DNA of 63,812 nt, the filler included, from Reticulomyxa filosa (taxonomy: Eukaryota > Protista > Foraminifera): NCBI GenBank assembly GCA_000512085.1. It is 11 parts of 11 records of this genome, joined end to end, with 100 filler letters (N's around TTAATTAATTAA, not from the genome) between each part and the next. Parts side by side here need not be neighbours in the genome. Positions count along the whole stretch, not along the records: positions 62,332 to 63,812 come from ASPP01005779.1; 10 more parts are not named here. The stretch is one strand, 5' to 3'. Every line of letters begins with the position of its first letter. Position 1 is the first letter of the stretch. Below, piece by piece: positions 63,430-63,812 of this stretch. The notes under the pieces are model-generated. The model saw only the letters and a program-made list of their open reading frames with translations. It did not search any database and was not told where the DNA came from. The translations under genes and the position numbers were made by a program.

Positions 63430-63739
63430 TCAAGTTTGCAAAGATTTGATCACGGGCTCTATTCAATTGTTGGAGCCATTGGCGGGATCACAGCACATTG
63501 AAGTCCAAGAACGTGCAACTGCATATATTTATTTCCTAAAGTGGTTGCAACCAGCTTTGGAAACAGCAGCAAAGAGCGAACGAAAAGAAACCGCAGCTGC
63601 ATTTGTTCAAGTGTTCAGTAGTGAATTGGCACCTGTCCATGCCAAGAACCAAGCCATTGCTGCAAAAAAAATACCCGCTGGGCTGTCGTTGGATGATTGG
63701 ATGGGAGAGCCTTGGCCAGAATCCGAAAAAGAAGATGAA
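62457..63739 (+). CDS. AP3D1: AP-3 complex subunit delta, internal exons 62457-62881, 63026-63310, 63428-63739
   Basis: KYLGLL, CLDDPDVTIRMRALDL, YRD...IIKVCS..DY..V.DFAWY, DVTLRV, AAAYIVGEF, IEVQERA and FSSELAPV...IPAGLSLDDWM are delta-adaptin-specific motifs. Confidence 0.92.
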
Positions 63740-63748
63740 GTGAATTAC

Positions 63749-63780
<32 letters not shown>

Positions 63781-63812
63781 ATTTCTTTTTCTTTTTTTTT
63801 TTTTTTTTTTTT

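Overview
AT-rich, intron-containing eukaryotic DNA. It consists of 11 separate contigs joined by ten identical artificial 100-bp spacers (44 N + TTAATTAATTAA + 44 N), so adjacency across spacers carries no biological meaning. The expanded WD40 and Kelch families with an 'IIxxWIRxxxIKLGWIxDF' motif, the A/T-run introns and the abundant pseudogenes suggest a foraminiferan such as Reticulomyxa filosa (inference, not verified). Recognisable genes: three WD40 genes, a Kelch-type propeller, a VAP/MSP protein, a multi-SAM protein, POP1, a TFIIIC90-like protein, a 4-repeat DUF3395/lectin-like protein, a calmodulin-like protein, a CxxC-less thioredoxin-fold protein, a WRKY/FLYWCH-like zinc finger, AP-3 delta, and a decayed RNF213-like AAA+ gene. 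The main observation comes from hand-splicing the minus strand of 1924-6018. This gives one 7-exon, ~1212-aa reading frame joining two CUE-like domains, a PUB domain, PH-like and ubiquitin-like segments, an ADP-ribosyltransferase-like domain, a 35-aa linker exon and a 7-blade WD40 propeller. The same linker exon also sits on three other beta-propeller genes, at either terminus. Two families of decayed dispersed repeats occur; one contains a 13-bp core found in both orientations between CGCG-like arms.
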